DNA of 64,000 bases, from assembly GCA_038888155.1 (NCBI GenBank), contig JAWAJB010000004.1, positions 96,001 through 160,000 of the forward strand, given 5' to 3'. The notes beneath the pieces were generated by a model that saw only the letters and a list, made by a program, of their open reading frames with translations, was not told where the DNA came from and searched no databases. How positions within the stretch are numbered: the stretch's first letter is position 1; each line of letters begins with the position of its first letter. Source of the stretch: Desulfurococcaceae archaeon. GTDB lineage: Archaea; Thermoproteota; Thermoprotei_A; Sulfolobales; Desulfurococcaceae. The translations under genes were made by a program, and so were the position numbers. Shown here one piece after another: positions 1 to 9,241 of the stretch.

Positions 1-941
1 TGACTATGGAGGACTTCCTAGCGGCAATGAAGGGCATTCAGCCATCCCTAATAAGAGAAGTCATCGTGGAGATTCCCGAAGTGAGGTGGATCGATATAGG
101 TGGACTGGACAACATTAAACAGGAGCTTAGGGAGAGCATAGAATGGCCTATGAGGTATCCTCAGGTGTTTGAAAAAATGGGCATTGAGCCTCCTAAAGGG
201 ATACTGCTCTTCGGACCGCCTGGAACAGGTAAGACTCTCCTTGCTAAGGCAGTTGCTACTGAGAGCGGGGCCAACTTTATAGCGATAAGGGGTCCCGAGA
301 TACTTAGCAAATGGGTTGGCGAGTCCGAGAAGGCAATACGACAAATATTTAGAAGAGCTCGCATGGTTGCCCCCGCTGTGGTATTTTTCGATGAAATTGA
401 CTCCGTAGCTGCAGTAAGAGGGAGCGACCCAAGCGGGGTTATCGACAGAATAGTAAACCAACTGCTCACAGAGCTAGACGGCATACAGCCATTGCGAAGG
501 GTTGTCGTTATAGCTGCCACCAATAGGCCAGATCTGCTGGATCCAGCTCTTCTCAGACCTGGTAGGTTTGATAAGCTAGTATACGTGCCTCCACCTGACT
601 ATAAGGCTAGAGTTGAAATATTTAAAGTTCACACGAGGAAAACTCCGCTTGGAGAGGACTTTAACTTACACGAGTTAGCCAAGAGAACAGAAGGCTACAC
701 TGGGGCTGATATAGCTGCTGTTTGTAAAGAGGCTGCGATGTACGCTCTTAGAGAGTCTTTCACTAAGGCTGGTTCGCTTCAAGTTGTAAAAGTAGAGATG
801 AGGCACTTTCTAGAGGCCTTGAACAGTATACCTCCAAGCCTGAGTAAATCGGACGTTGAAATGTACGACCAATTGGCAAAGGAAATAAAGAGAGTTAGCA
901 CTAGTGGGAGCTTTAAGCGCATACAGCTACCTTACGGCTAG
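1..941 (+). CDS. cdc48: CDC48/VCP-family AAA+ ATPase, C-terminal D2 part (5' partial)
   Basis: Walker A GPPGTGKT, Walker [16 protein letters not shown] pore loop, ALLRPGRFD; frame is open at the window edge. Confidence 0.95.
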   Translation, partial: TMEDFLAAMKGIQPSLIREVIVEIPEVRWIDIGGLDNIKQELRESIEWPMRYPQVFEKMGIEPPKGILLFGPPGTGKTLLAKAVATESGANFIAIRGPEILSKWVGESEKAIRQIFRRARMVAPAVVFFDEIDSVAAVRGSDPSGVIDRIVNQLLTELDGIQPLRRVVVIAATNRPDLLDPALLRPGRFDKLVYVPPPDYKARVEIFKVHTRKTPLGEDFNLHELAKRTEGYTGADIAAVCKEAAMYALRESFTKAGSLQVVKVEMRHFLEALNSIPPSLSKSDVEMYDQLAKEIKRVSTSGSFKRIQLPYG

Positions 942-982
942 ACTTAGCTTCCGGCGCTTCAACGCCTAGCCGGTGTTTTTAT

Positions 983-3436
983 TTGACTAAGAAAACAAAG
1001 CCTGAAGTCTCTCGATCTTTCGCAAAGTTCCTTAGCAGTTTAGGTAAATTATCAGATGTTTTGATAAAGTCGAGAATAAGATCCCTCATAGTCTTATCTG
1101 GCTCTCAGCCAATAAGTTTGGGAGAACTTGGATCAAGAGCGGTGAACTACTATGCTAGGAAATGGATAAAGCAGGGAAAGATAGAGCTCAGAGGGCTGTA
1201 CGTCTATCACACTGAATTCGCTGACGCTGTTAAAATGAAAGAGGCATTTGAAGAAAAAGTGCTATCGAAGAAGCTAGTTGAATTTGAATACGCAGCTTAC
1301 GAGAGAAGTGAGAAGTACTTGGGCGCAACAGTACAATTCCTAGTCATGGACTTAACAAAGGATTTAAAGCCTAATGACATCGGTAAGCTAGTAGGTATAG
1401 TTGAGGGGGGCGGGTTAATACTGCTTCTAGCTCCGCCGTGGAAATTATGGGATAACTTTAAAACAATTTTCAAGGAGACGCTCACAGTTCCCCATTTCCC
1501 TGAGCCACGGCATGTTTTTATTGCCTGGTTTAAGAAAAAGCTCCTCGAACATTATGGAATAGGAGTATATGATGCCGACAATCAAAAAATCATTAAGGCA
1601 ATATCGCTTGTTGAGAAACCGAAGACGTACGCTAAGAACGTCACAATACCTAGTGAGAGGATCTTCCCAATTGATGTGTATGAACACGCGCTGACCGCAG
1701 ATCAAATAAACGTAATTAAGATCCTCGAGAATTTTTACGAAAAACCCAAGAAAAGTACTAAAAAGGTGTTCGTGCTAACAGCAGATAGAGGAAGAGGAAA
1801 GAGCTGTGCTATAGGTATAGGCATTGTTGGCTTGTTGCACCTTTTCCTATCAAAGAAGATAAAGCCGCGCTTCAGAGCCCTAGTTACTTCTCCCTCGCCG
1901 AGTAATGTTCAATCGCTAATGATGCTTTCCTGCCGGGTGTTGGATAAGCTTGGCTACACTTATAACTCCATTAGGAGAGGAGGGAATCTGATCGAGATTA
2001 GAGGAGAGAGGTTCAGCATAGAGTATTGGGAGCCACTAAATATACCAAAGCTTAAAGGCGACATAGTGATCGTCGATGAGGCAGCAAGCTTGCACGTCCC
2101 GTTGCTGTATAAAATCCTAGATGTGCATAACCGCTTGATCTTCTCGACTACAATTCACGGCTACGAAGGTAGCGGTAGAGGTTTTTCGGTGAGGTTCTTG
2201 AGAAGACTTCAAACCATGGAGAACGTTGAGCTTTACAAATACGAAATGAGCGAGCCTATAAGGTATAACTATAACGACCCAATTGAGGAGTGGCAGTTCA
2301 AGACATTGCTCCTAGATGCTGAACCAGCCGAGTTAACTCAGTCAGACCTTGAGGATATTGAATCAAAGAAATTAATATACGTGAAAATTGAGCCCGAGGT
2401 CTTATTCAACAAAGAAGAAGAGCTGAGACAGCTGTTTGGAATATACGTTTTAGCTCACTATAGAAATGAGCCAGACGACCTAGGTATGCTAGCAGATGCG
2501 CCTCACCATTTAATCAGGGCAGTTAAAACTGCCTCAGGCAAAATAGTGTGCTCAATACAAATAGCCCAAGAGGGCCCGATAGATCAAAAGTTCGCCGAAG
2601 AGCTCTTAAGGGGAGGTAAGATACAGGGGAATATTATCCCCGATAGGTTCCTCAAGCACTTACGCCTACTAGACTTCGCATACACGACGGGATGGCGGAT
2701 TGTTAGAATAGCCACTCACCCAGCGGTAATAGGTAAAGGAGTAGGTAGCTGGGCGTTGGAAAAGATATTCGAGGAAGTGAAAGAAAGGGGCCTTGATTGG
2801 CTTGGAGCCGGATTCGGCGTCACAGACGAGCTCTTAAGGTTTTGGATTAAAAACGGCTTTAGTGTAGTACACATTAGCCCGGATAGAAATCCGACAAGTG
2901 GAGAGTATACTGTCCTAGTAATAAAGCCCTCCAGCGAGAAAACAGAAAAAATTCTAAGTGTAGCCAAGCTCGAGTTCAAGTTGAAGTTCATGAAAAGTCT
3001 CCCAATTAACTATAGGGAACTAGAGCCTGAGGTTGTATACCTAATAATAAACAGCGGCCCCTACATTTACTACACTTTGCCGCCTGGCTCTTTATCGCCT
3101 ATAAGCATAGATAGGCTGTGGACTTACTGCACTGGGCCAATGACCTTCGAGGTCGCTGCAGACTTAGTTTTCAGCATTGCAAGGCTTTACTGGCTCACAA
3201 GTGAGGAGAACAGACCACGCCTATCGAAGCAACAAGAGCTTTTGCTAATTACAAAGGCTCTCCAGGGACTTTCGTGGGACGAGGCTTCTCGAATTTTAGG
3301 CAAACCAGTTAGGGCTCTTCAGGAAATTGGCCACGAAATAGCTTGCATATTCTTTGAGTTCCTAACTGGACTGGCTCCAAGCTCGTATAAGCCGGGGATT
3401 TTTCTGTCAGAGTACGGGCCAGGTAACTTGGACTGA
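983..3436 (+). CDS. tmcA: tRNA/rRNA cytidine acetyltransferase TmcA/Nat10 (ac4C)
   Basis: TADRGRGKS, VDEAA, TTIHGYEGSGRGF, AHYRNEPDDL, GNAT RIVRIATHP; TTG start after GGTG. Confidence 0.93.
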   Translation: MTKKTKPEVSRSFAKFLSSLGKLSDVLIKSRIRSLIVLSGSQPISLGELGSRAVNYYARKWIKQGKIELRGLYVYHTEFADAVKMKEAFEEKVLSKKLVEFEYAAYERSEKYLGATVQFLVMDLTKDLKPNDIGKLVGIVEGGGLILLLAPPWKLWDNFKTIFKETLTVPHFPEPRHVFIAWFKKKLLEHYGIGVYDADNQKIIKAISLVEKPKTYAKNVTIPSERIFPIDVYEHALTADQINVIKILENFYEKPKKSTKKVFVLTADRGRGKSCAIGIGIVGLLHLFLSKKIKPRFRALVTSPSPSNVQSLMMLSCRVLDKLGYTYNSIRRGGNLIEIRGERFSIEYWEPLNIPKLKGDIVIVDEAASLHVPLLYKILDVHNRLIFSTTIHGYEGSGRGFSVRFLRRLQTMENVELYKYEMSEPIRYNYNDPIEEWQFKTLLLDAEPAELTQSDLEDIESKKLIYVKIEPEVLFNKEEELRQLFGIYVLAHYRNEPDDLGMLADAPHHLIRAVKTASGKIVCSIQIAQEGPIDQKFAEELLRGGKIQGNIIPDRFLKHLRLLDFAYTTGWRIVRIATHPAVIGKGVGSWALEKIFEEVKERGLDWLGAGFGVTDELLRFWIKNGFSVVHISPDRNPTSGEYTVLVIKPSSEKTEKILSVAKLEFKLKFMKSLPINYRELEPEVVYLIINSGPYIYYTLPPGSLSPISIDRLWTYCTGPMTFEVAADLVFSIARLYWLTSEENRPRLSKQQELLLITKALQGLSWDEASRILGKPVRALQEIGHEIACIFFEFLTGLAPSSYKPGIFLSEYGPGNLD

Positions 3437-3545
3437 ACTCTGCAGTTCAACACAGCGATAGAGAGGCGAGCAGTTTAGATCCGCTGAAACTATAATAAAT
3501 TAAGCACAAATTACAAATCAACATTGAAAGGGCTGGAGATTATAA

Positions 3546-4616
3546 ATGACATTGATATTGAAGGCTTCTCCAGAGAAACCCGATCCCGCTGTTCTGAGAA
3601 AGGCTGCTGAGGTTTTAAGAGGCGGGGGGTTAGTTGCTTTTCCTACGGAAACAGTTTATGGACTTGGAGGGGCTGTTTTTCTTGAAGACTCCATTAAGAA
3701 GATATTTTTAGCCAAGCAAAGACCGCTCGATAATCCTCTAATTATCCACGTGTGCGATGAATCCACGCTGAGTCGCGTAGCGGTAAATGTGCCTGAAAAG
3801 GCATACAAGCTAATAAATGTGTTCTGGCCAGGTCCACTAACTCTTATATTGCCAAGACATCCAAACATACCTAAAGTAGTTACTGGTGGCCTTAACACGG
3901 TAGCCGTGAGAATGCCGGCCCATCCTATTGCTCTTAGCTTAATTAAGGAGGCTGATGTGCCAATAGCAGCGCCTAGCGCCAACCTAGCTGGAAGGCCCAG
4001 CCCAACGAGTGCAGATCACGTTATCCGAGACCTCTATGGGCGGATAGACATTATTATTGACGGCGGTGAAACTCTCTATGGCATAGAGTCCACAATAATA
4101 AATATACTAATGGAGCCGCCCGTTCTGCTGAGGCCGGGGGCTTACTCTGTGGAAGATATCGAGAGAGTCTTGGGCGAGAAAATTAGCGTTCCTGATTTTG
4201 CGCGCGGACTAAAGGAATTTGAGATAGCGCTAGCCCCTGGAACGAGGTATAAACACTACGCACCCCAAACGCCCATTCTGCTGGTAGAGCCTTTGTCGGG
4301 TAACATTGAAAGACTAGTTAGTACGATTATAAACTACGTTTTGGCCTATGCCAGCAATTACAGAAAAGTGTGCGTAGTGTCATCACGCGAAACTATTGCT
4401 GCTTACTCCCCTTTAAGGGAGATGGGCGTAATTGTTCTAGAAATAGGTTCTAGAAAAAATTTATTCGAAGTTGCTAAAAACCTGTTTAAATTGCTTAGGG
4501 CACTTGATGACACGGGCTGCAGTATTGCAATAATCGAGGGCTTTGAAGAACGGGGCTTAGGCCTCGCTGTAATGAATAGGTTGCGAAAAGCCTCCCATAC
4601 GATTATACCAGCGTGA
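3546..4616 (+). CDS. sua5: Threonylcarbamoyl-AMP synthase Sua5 (YrdC + SUA5 domains)
   Basis: FPTETVYGL, KxR-PxDNPLIIH, APSANL, PGxxYKHYAP, MNRLRKA. Confidence 0.95.
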   Translation: MTLILKASPEKPDPAVLRKAAEVLRGGGLVAFPTETVYGLGGAVFLEDSIKKIFLAKQRPLDNPLIIHVCDESTLSRVAVNVPEKAYKLINVFWPGPLTLILPRHPNIPKVVTGGLNTVAVRMPAHPIALSLIKEADVPIAAPSANLAGRPSPTSADHVIRDLYGRIDIIIDGGETLYGIESTIINILMEPPVLLRPGAYSVEDIERVLGEKISVPDFARGLKEFEIALAPGTRYKHYAPQTPILLVEPLSGNIERLVSTIINYVLAYASNYRKVCVVSSRETIAAYSPLREMGVIVLEIGSRKNLFEVAKNLFKLLRALDDTGCSIAIIEGFEERGLGLAVMNRLRKASHTIIPA

Positions 4617-4622
4617 ATTCAC

Positions 4623-4904
4623 TTAACCAAAACGCTTAATAAATACCAATTTAACAAAGAGCCCTGGCAAGTGTTTTCCTAGTGCGGACTCAACAGCTTC
4701 GAGGACAAGCTTATTTGCCTCGGGTTTGCCGTACAATCTCAATACTGCTTCGTTGAACCCAGGATACAGGTGCAGACTTGCTACGAACTCCCTTGCGTAC
4801 ATAATTCTAATACTGTAGGAGTGCCTCTCAGCCCAGAGCCCTTTGTTCCTGAGTTCGCTTACAACTAAATTGAGCTTCTTGTGATCTAAACTTGGATAGA
4901 GCAT
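4623..4904 (-). CDS. Hypothetical protein (93 aa)
   Basis: ATG preceded by GGTG; fills the space between sua5 and the ubiX promoter; protein-like composition. Confidence 0.6.
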   Translation of the reverse strand: MLYPSLDHKKLNLVVSELRNKGLWAERHSYSIRIMYAREFVASLHLYPGFNEAVLRLYGKPEANKLVLEAVESALGKHLPGLFVKLVFIKRFG

Positions 4905-4921
4905 TCTACTTGCACCAACTC

Positions 4922-4945
4922 CTGCTAAAAACTCTGCTAAAAACT
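4922..4945. repeat. Perfect 12-bp tandem duplication CTGCTAAAAACT x2
   Basis: Read directly at 4922-4933 and 4934-4945. Confidence 0.85.
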
Positions 4946-5130
4946 AATTCATTATAGGCAACCTCAATTGTGCTCTACGTTGAGGTAAAATCTTTTGCCC
5001 TTAAATAATAAAGGCGAGTTTATTTAATCAAACGGCATTCCAACCTTTTCCGCAGCTTAACCCTTAGTTCTCAATACGTCTTTGGCACAAAACACTTTTA
5101 AATAATTAAAAGCTGGGAATTATTTACCTT

Positions 5131-5188
5131 TAAGTGATGATAGTGCTTTTAAGGCCTGAACAGTGATGAGCCCGCGCAGGGTTGACTA
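5131..5188 (+). ncRNA. Box C/D methylation-guide sRNA overlapping the ubiX start
   Basis: C GTGATGA 5134-5140; 15-nt guide; D' CTGA 5156-5159; C' GTGATGA 5163-5169; 12-nt guide; D TTGA 5182-5185; AT-rich TATA-like tract near 5097-5110. Confidence 0.8.
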
Positions 5189-5762
5189 CCAAAGAGCCCT
5201 AGTTGTAGCTTTAACTGGAGCTAGCGGAATCTCCCTCGGTATAAGATTACTTAGATATGGTGATCTTCTCAGGACGCTCTACAGTAAAGTGTATGCTTTG
5301 TTCAGCGAAAACGCCGCTAAAATAGCGAAAGTAGAGGAAAACATTGAGCTGGTATCGCATCTCGCATCGATGGATATTGACGCCTTTTACTCCGAAAAGG
5401 ATATCACGGCTCCGCTTGCGAGTTCAAGCAACATTGTTAACACCGATATGGTGATAATACCTGCCTCTCTTAACACTGTTGCCAAGGTGGCGAACAGCAT
5501 TCAGGATAACCTGATAGTTCGGACTGCTTGCAACGTTCTCAGGTTAAAACAAAAGCTGATAATAGTTGTTAGAGAGACCCCCCTGTCTCCTCTAGATCTC
5601 AGAAATCTCTACAGGCTCTCTCTGGCTGGCGCAACAATAATGCCAGCTGTACTTGCGATGTACATTAGGCCTAGAAGCATTGAAGAAGTGATGGATTTCG
5701 TGGTTGGTAAAGTTCTCGACGCTCTTGGAATAGAGCACTACATTTACAGGAGATGGAGTTAA
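5166..5762 (+). CDS. ubiX: Flavin prenyltransferase UbiX
   Basis: ALTGASG, APLASSS, PASLNT, VRETPL; start is GTG 5163 or ATG 5166. Confidence 0.9.
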   Translation: MSPRRVDYQRALVVALTGASGISLGIRLLRYGDLLRTLYSKVYALFSENAAKIAKVEENIELVSHLASMDIDAFYSEKDITAPLASSSNIVNTDMVIIPASLNTVAKVANSIQDNLIVRTACNVLRLKQKLIIVVRETPLSPLDLRNLYRLSLAGATIMPAVLAMYIRPRSIEEVMDFVVGKVLDALGIEHYIYRRWS

Positions 5763-5852
5763 TAAAATCACATAAGATAAAAACATATTAGCTCCAAAAT
5801 ATATTAGGAGTTTTGCACTAGAATCTAAGGGGGTTTTTTCGGCAAAAAGTAG

Positions 5853-6272
5853 GTGCTAGTAATGAAAACCAGCACAAGAGACGACTCCTTGGATCATTCT
5901 TACCAACAATCGCGGCGAGGGCCTCAAAGAGTTGCGCAGCCCTCTAGAGTAGAGGATCGAAGGGTAACCCCACAGCCAATAGGTGATCGATGCAACCCGC
6001 TGTGCCTGCTATTCATATGCAGTAGAAATGCATTTTTCCTCGCTAATAGGCCATTTAAGGGTAGAATCGTCAAGGTGGCTCAATGCAGATTGACTGGCAG
6101 CGACTGCATTGGGGGGGAGTGCCAATACTCCTCGTGTAAAGTAAATAGCCTTCTCCCAAACAACAAGTGCTCTAAGGCGCTCGAGAAGAAAATCAGCAGG
6201 ACTTCAGACGATGATATATTCAAAGAGATGATGAAATTCGAGGAGTACGACGTGACAGATTTTAAGCGCTAA
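5853..6272 (+). CDS. Cys-rich hypothetical protein, possibly metal-binding
   Basis: 8 Cys: CNPLC..C, C-x5-C-x4-C-x4-C, C; likely start ATG 5862 after AGGTG. Confidence 0.65.
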   Translation: MLVMKTSTRDDSLDHSYQQSRRGPQRVAQPSRVEDRRVTPQPIGDRCNPLCLLFICSRNAFFLANRPFKGRIVKVAQCRLTGSDCIGGECQYSSCKVNSLLPNNKCSKALEKKISRTSDDDIFKEMMKFEEYDVTDFKR

Positions 6273-6293
6273 GATGCAGACGACAACCCTTGA

Positions 6294-6803
6294 TCAGGGC
6301 TTCCACCAATTAAATATAAGGTATTTTATTTCCCCCTCCCCGCTTATTACTGCAACTACAAGTTTTTTCCTAACAGAGTGCAATAGCCTCCCCGCCCTTA
6401 CAAGCTCTATTGGGTCTATGCTCTCGCGACTGCCGTAAACTAGCACGCCAAAAGGGGCGTGATCGACTCCAGGTCCGACTCTGTAGATCAAGTAATCGCA
6501 CCCGAATTTTAACCCACGCCTGATCACAAATCCTCTGGTTTTTAAGTCGCTGTAAACCGCGTACAGCGGGTTGAACTTGTCAATATTCTTCTCGCTAATG
6601 CTAATTAGTTCCTTATATTCAAGTGTTTTCCCGTTTTTTATTACATCTATAACTCCCTTCTCAACTAAGTAGGATGCCTCAATCAATGAGAGCTCGAGTG
6701 GAGCGCGTATGTTTTTATCCCTCGGCTTACTAATGCCGAGGAAGGTCCCATAATAGCCGTTCCAGTATATTTGGTTAGCGCAATAGTAGTCGAATACTAC
6801 CAC
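6294..6803 (-). CDS. endA: tRNA-splicing endonuclease, catalytic subunit (true start probably further upstream)
   Basis: LELSLIEA, YxDLxxRG, GLKFGCDYLIY (Tyr), GVDHAP (His), HSVRKK (Lys), crenarchaeal loop GISKP. Confidence 0.92.
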   Translation of the reverse strand: MVVFDYYCANQIYWNGYYGTFLGISKPRDKNIRAPLELSLIEASYLVEKGVIDVIKNGKTLEYKELISISEKNIDKFNPLYAVYSDLKTRGFVIRRGLKFGCDYLIYRVGPGVDHAPFGVLVYGSRESIDPIELVRAGRLLHSVRKKLVVAVISGEGEIKYLIFNWWKP

Positions 6804-6856
6804 TCTTCCGCCTAGAAGGAATCCGCGACACTTCGGCGTAAAACTATCAGTATCTA

Positions 6857-7528
6857 CTACATGGCTGATTTCACTAGGGCCAGATATCGTACTTCTTCAC
6901 CAATGCTCTTCAGGAAATCGCTTATATCCTCTAAGTGCTCAAAGATGTCTTTGAGTATAAGTAAGGCCGTTATGTAGCCTGAATACCTGTTGTATATCTC
7001 AAACAAGCTTTTCCTAAAGATGGTGTCTATATCCTCCTCGATAATGAACACTGCATTCAGCTCTTCGAAGACTTTTTTGGGCGAAAGCCTGATTTTGGGC
7101 AATGCGTTTTCAATGGCATCTAGCTGCTTTTTCTCTAATTCAACGATCTTGACAAAAGTATCTATAAAGGTCCTATCGAACATTACCTTGTTTTCCCTAG
7201 CCAACAGTATTCTGTAAGCTACTGCATCTACTTGCTGAATGATTCTGTCGAGCATCTCCACTAAGTTGATGTAAGTTGAGGAGTAGGGCACTATTTCAGT
7301 GCTCCTTATTAGGTACTCCATTATTAGAGTTTTAAGTTGCTCGCCCCTATTCTTAGTGTTCCTCATTTTCTCGTAAAGTCCTCTGGTCTCAACTTCTGAT
7401 CGCTCGCTGTAATAGTTCTTCAGCATCACGTTAAGGTCCTCAAGCTCATCTCTCACAACCCTGCACATATTGATGAGCTGTTCTGCCGTGGTCATCTCCA
7501 CTATGGATTCGCGCCTTTCCACGATCAA
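6857..7528 (-). CDS. DUF47/PhoU-like helical protein (putative phosphate transport regulator)
   Basis: All-helical two-repeat pattern with EEDIDxxxR and EHLEDISD. Confidence 0.7.
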   Translation of the reverse strand: MIVERRESIVEMTTAEQLINMCRVVRDELEDLNVMLKNYYSERSEVETRGLYEKMRNTKNRGEQLKTLIMEYLIRSTEIVPYSSTYINLVEMLDRIIQQVDAVAYRILLARENKVMFDRTFIDTFVKIVELEKKQLDAIENALPKIRLSPKKVFEELNAVFIIEEDIDTIFRKSLFEIYNRYSGYITALLILKDIFEHLEDISDFLKSIGEEVRYLALVKSAM

Positions 7529-7606
7529 TTGTCACACCTTAACATTCTAGTTAGAAATATCAGCTAAGAGGCTTTTAAGGAATATTTAGCTATAGGGGAA
7601 TTAAAA

Positions 7607-9241
7607 GTGAATATTGCTGTAGTTGACTCATTGGGAAGAGCCAGCGGGGATAGATATTCTACCTTCGATGTTGTAGGCGCGGGTCCGCGCATAGTGGCAG
7701 GGATTGCAGAGAAACACGGAAGTGTTGCCTTCTACACCTATGAAAAGGCTACAAGGAAATTAGACGAGTTAGTCAAAGAGAACATTGTCCTAATTTCTGC
7801 TATGAGCAGTGATTACAACGCATTGAGTAAATTTGTTTTAGAGCTGAGAAGGAAACAATTTAGGGGTAAAGTAATAGCCGGAGGGCCAATTAGCTTCGAG
7901 TACTGGAGAGTTCTCCAGGAGCTCCCCGTGGACCTAGTAATAGTAGGGGAGGGCGAAATACCACTCGAAAAGCTCCTAAAGAGCTTAGAAGAATCCAAAG
8001 ATATTAGCGAAGTTCCTGCATTGGCGTACAGAGATAATGCAGGCACAATTAAACTAACCTCTAGGCATCTACACACACCTAAGGAGTTGCTCTCCGCAAT
8101 TAAGCCGTGGACGAAAGTTAACGAGGGGTTTGAGTTCCCCCAATTGTACAGGTTCTACGTGGAAATAGTGAGAGGGTGCAGTAATTTCGCGAGGCCAATG
8201 ATTGATCTACCCGGGACAGCTTGTAAAGAGTGTTTAAAATGTAGAAGCGACAACCTAGTAGACAGACTGACATGCCCTGCTGGAATACCTCCAGGATGCG
8301 GCTTCTGCAGCGTCCCGCATATGTTTGGACCTCCGAGGAGTAGAGAGATTAAATCTATTAAAGAGGAAGTTGAGAACTTAATTAGCCACGGCGCACGTAG
8401 GATAGTGCTTAGTGCGCCAGACTTCCTTGACTACGGTAGAGAGGAGCTTGTTAACGGGCCTCTTACTAATCCCTGTAACCCTCCAGCTAATATCGAGTTA
8501 ATTGAAGAGCTGTTAAATCAGCTCCACGCCATAGACGCTGTGAGCAACAAAAAAGTGGTGATTTCAGCTGAAAACATTAAGGCCTGTCTAGTGACCGATG
8601 AGGTTGGCAAAGTTTTGGGGAGATACTTGCGGGGAACAACTATTCACATAGGGCTTGAGACCTGCACGAATTGGTTCAACAGCAAAGTTTTAGGCAAACC
8701 AATAACTGTTGAACAGGTAATCAAAGCATCAAGAATACTCAAGGACTGCGGACTTAGACCATATGTTTACCTAATGTACGGCCTTCCCTTAGCCAGCAGG
8801 AGAATTTACGAGGATATGATCAGCAGCATTAGCAAATTGTGGAGCTGCGGCGTTGAAAAGATAACTCTCTACAAGTTCGTTAACCTGCCGGGAACAGCTT
8901 TCAGCGACATAAAGGTAAACGCAGAAAAAGCCCGAAATGTGATCTACAGGCTCAAGAAAGCTGTAGACGCGTATAATACAGCAACGAAGAGACAGCTAGT
9001 GGGAAAGGAAATTGAGGTGTTCCTCCTAGAGAGAGATGGGAAGGTATATGGGTACCCGGCTTACCACGGCCCTGTTGTTTTCGTAGCAGTTAAAAACAAA
9101 GTGAGAGATAATTTAAGCGGATGTAAAGGATATGTGAGGATCGCTGATTTCAGTAGGCGGTTTGTACGAGGAGAGCTCCTTAGGCTCTCAGAGTGCTTCG
9201 AATTTCCTCAAGTATCTGCAGGAGATGGGATGCCTCCCTAG
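7607..9241 (+). CDS. Radical SAM protein with N-terminal B12-binding-like domain and possible C-terminal TRAM-like domain
   Basis: IAGGP...D.VIVGEGE; EIVRGC...GCGFC; IGLET; MYGLP. Confidence 0.85.
   Translation: MNIAVVDSLGRASGDRYSTFDVVGAGPRIVAGIAEKHGSVAFYTYEKATRKLDELVKENIVLISAMSSDYNALSKFVLELRRKQFRGKVIAGGPISFEYWRVLQELPVDLVIVGEGEIPLEKLLKSLEESKDISEVPALAYRDNAGTIKLTSRHLHTPKELLSAIKPWTKVNEGFEFPQLYRFYVEIVRGCSNFARPMIDLPGTACKECLKCRSDNLVDRLTCPAGIPPGCGFCSVPHMFGPPRSREIKSIKEEVENLISHGARRIVLSAPDFLDYGREELVNGPLTNPCNPPANIELIEELLNQLHAIDAVSNKKVVISAENIKACLVTDEVGKVLGRYLRGTTIHIGLETCTNWFNSKVLGKPITVEQVIKASRILKDCGLRPYVYLMYGLPLASRRIYEDMISSISKLWSCGVEKITLYKFVNLPGTAFSDIKVNAEKARNVIYRLKKAVDAYNTATKRQLVGKEIEVFLLERDGKVYGYPAYHGPVVFVAVKNKVRDNLSGCKGYVRIADFSRRFVRGELLRLSECFEFPQVSAGDGMPP

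Noticed and set aside
6228-6293. Possible C/D sRNA from ATGATGA at the end of the Cys-rich gene
   Set aside because: No well-spaced D'/C'/D set; the motif is explained by Met-Met-Lys codons.
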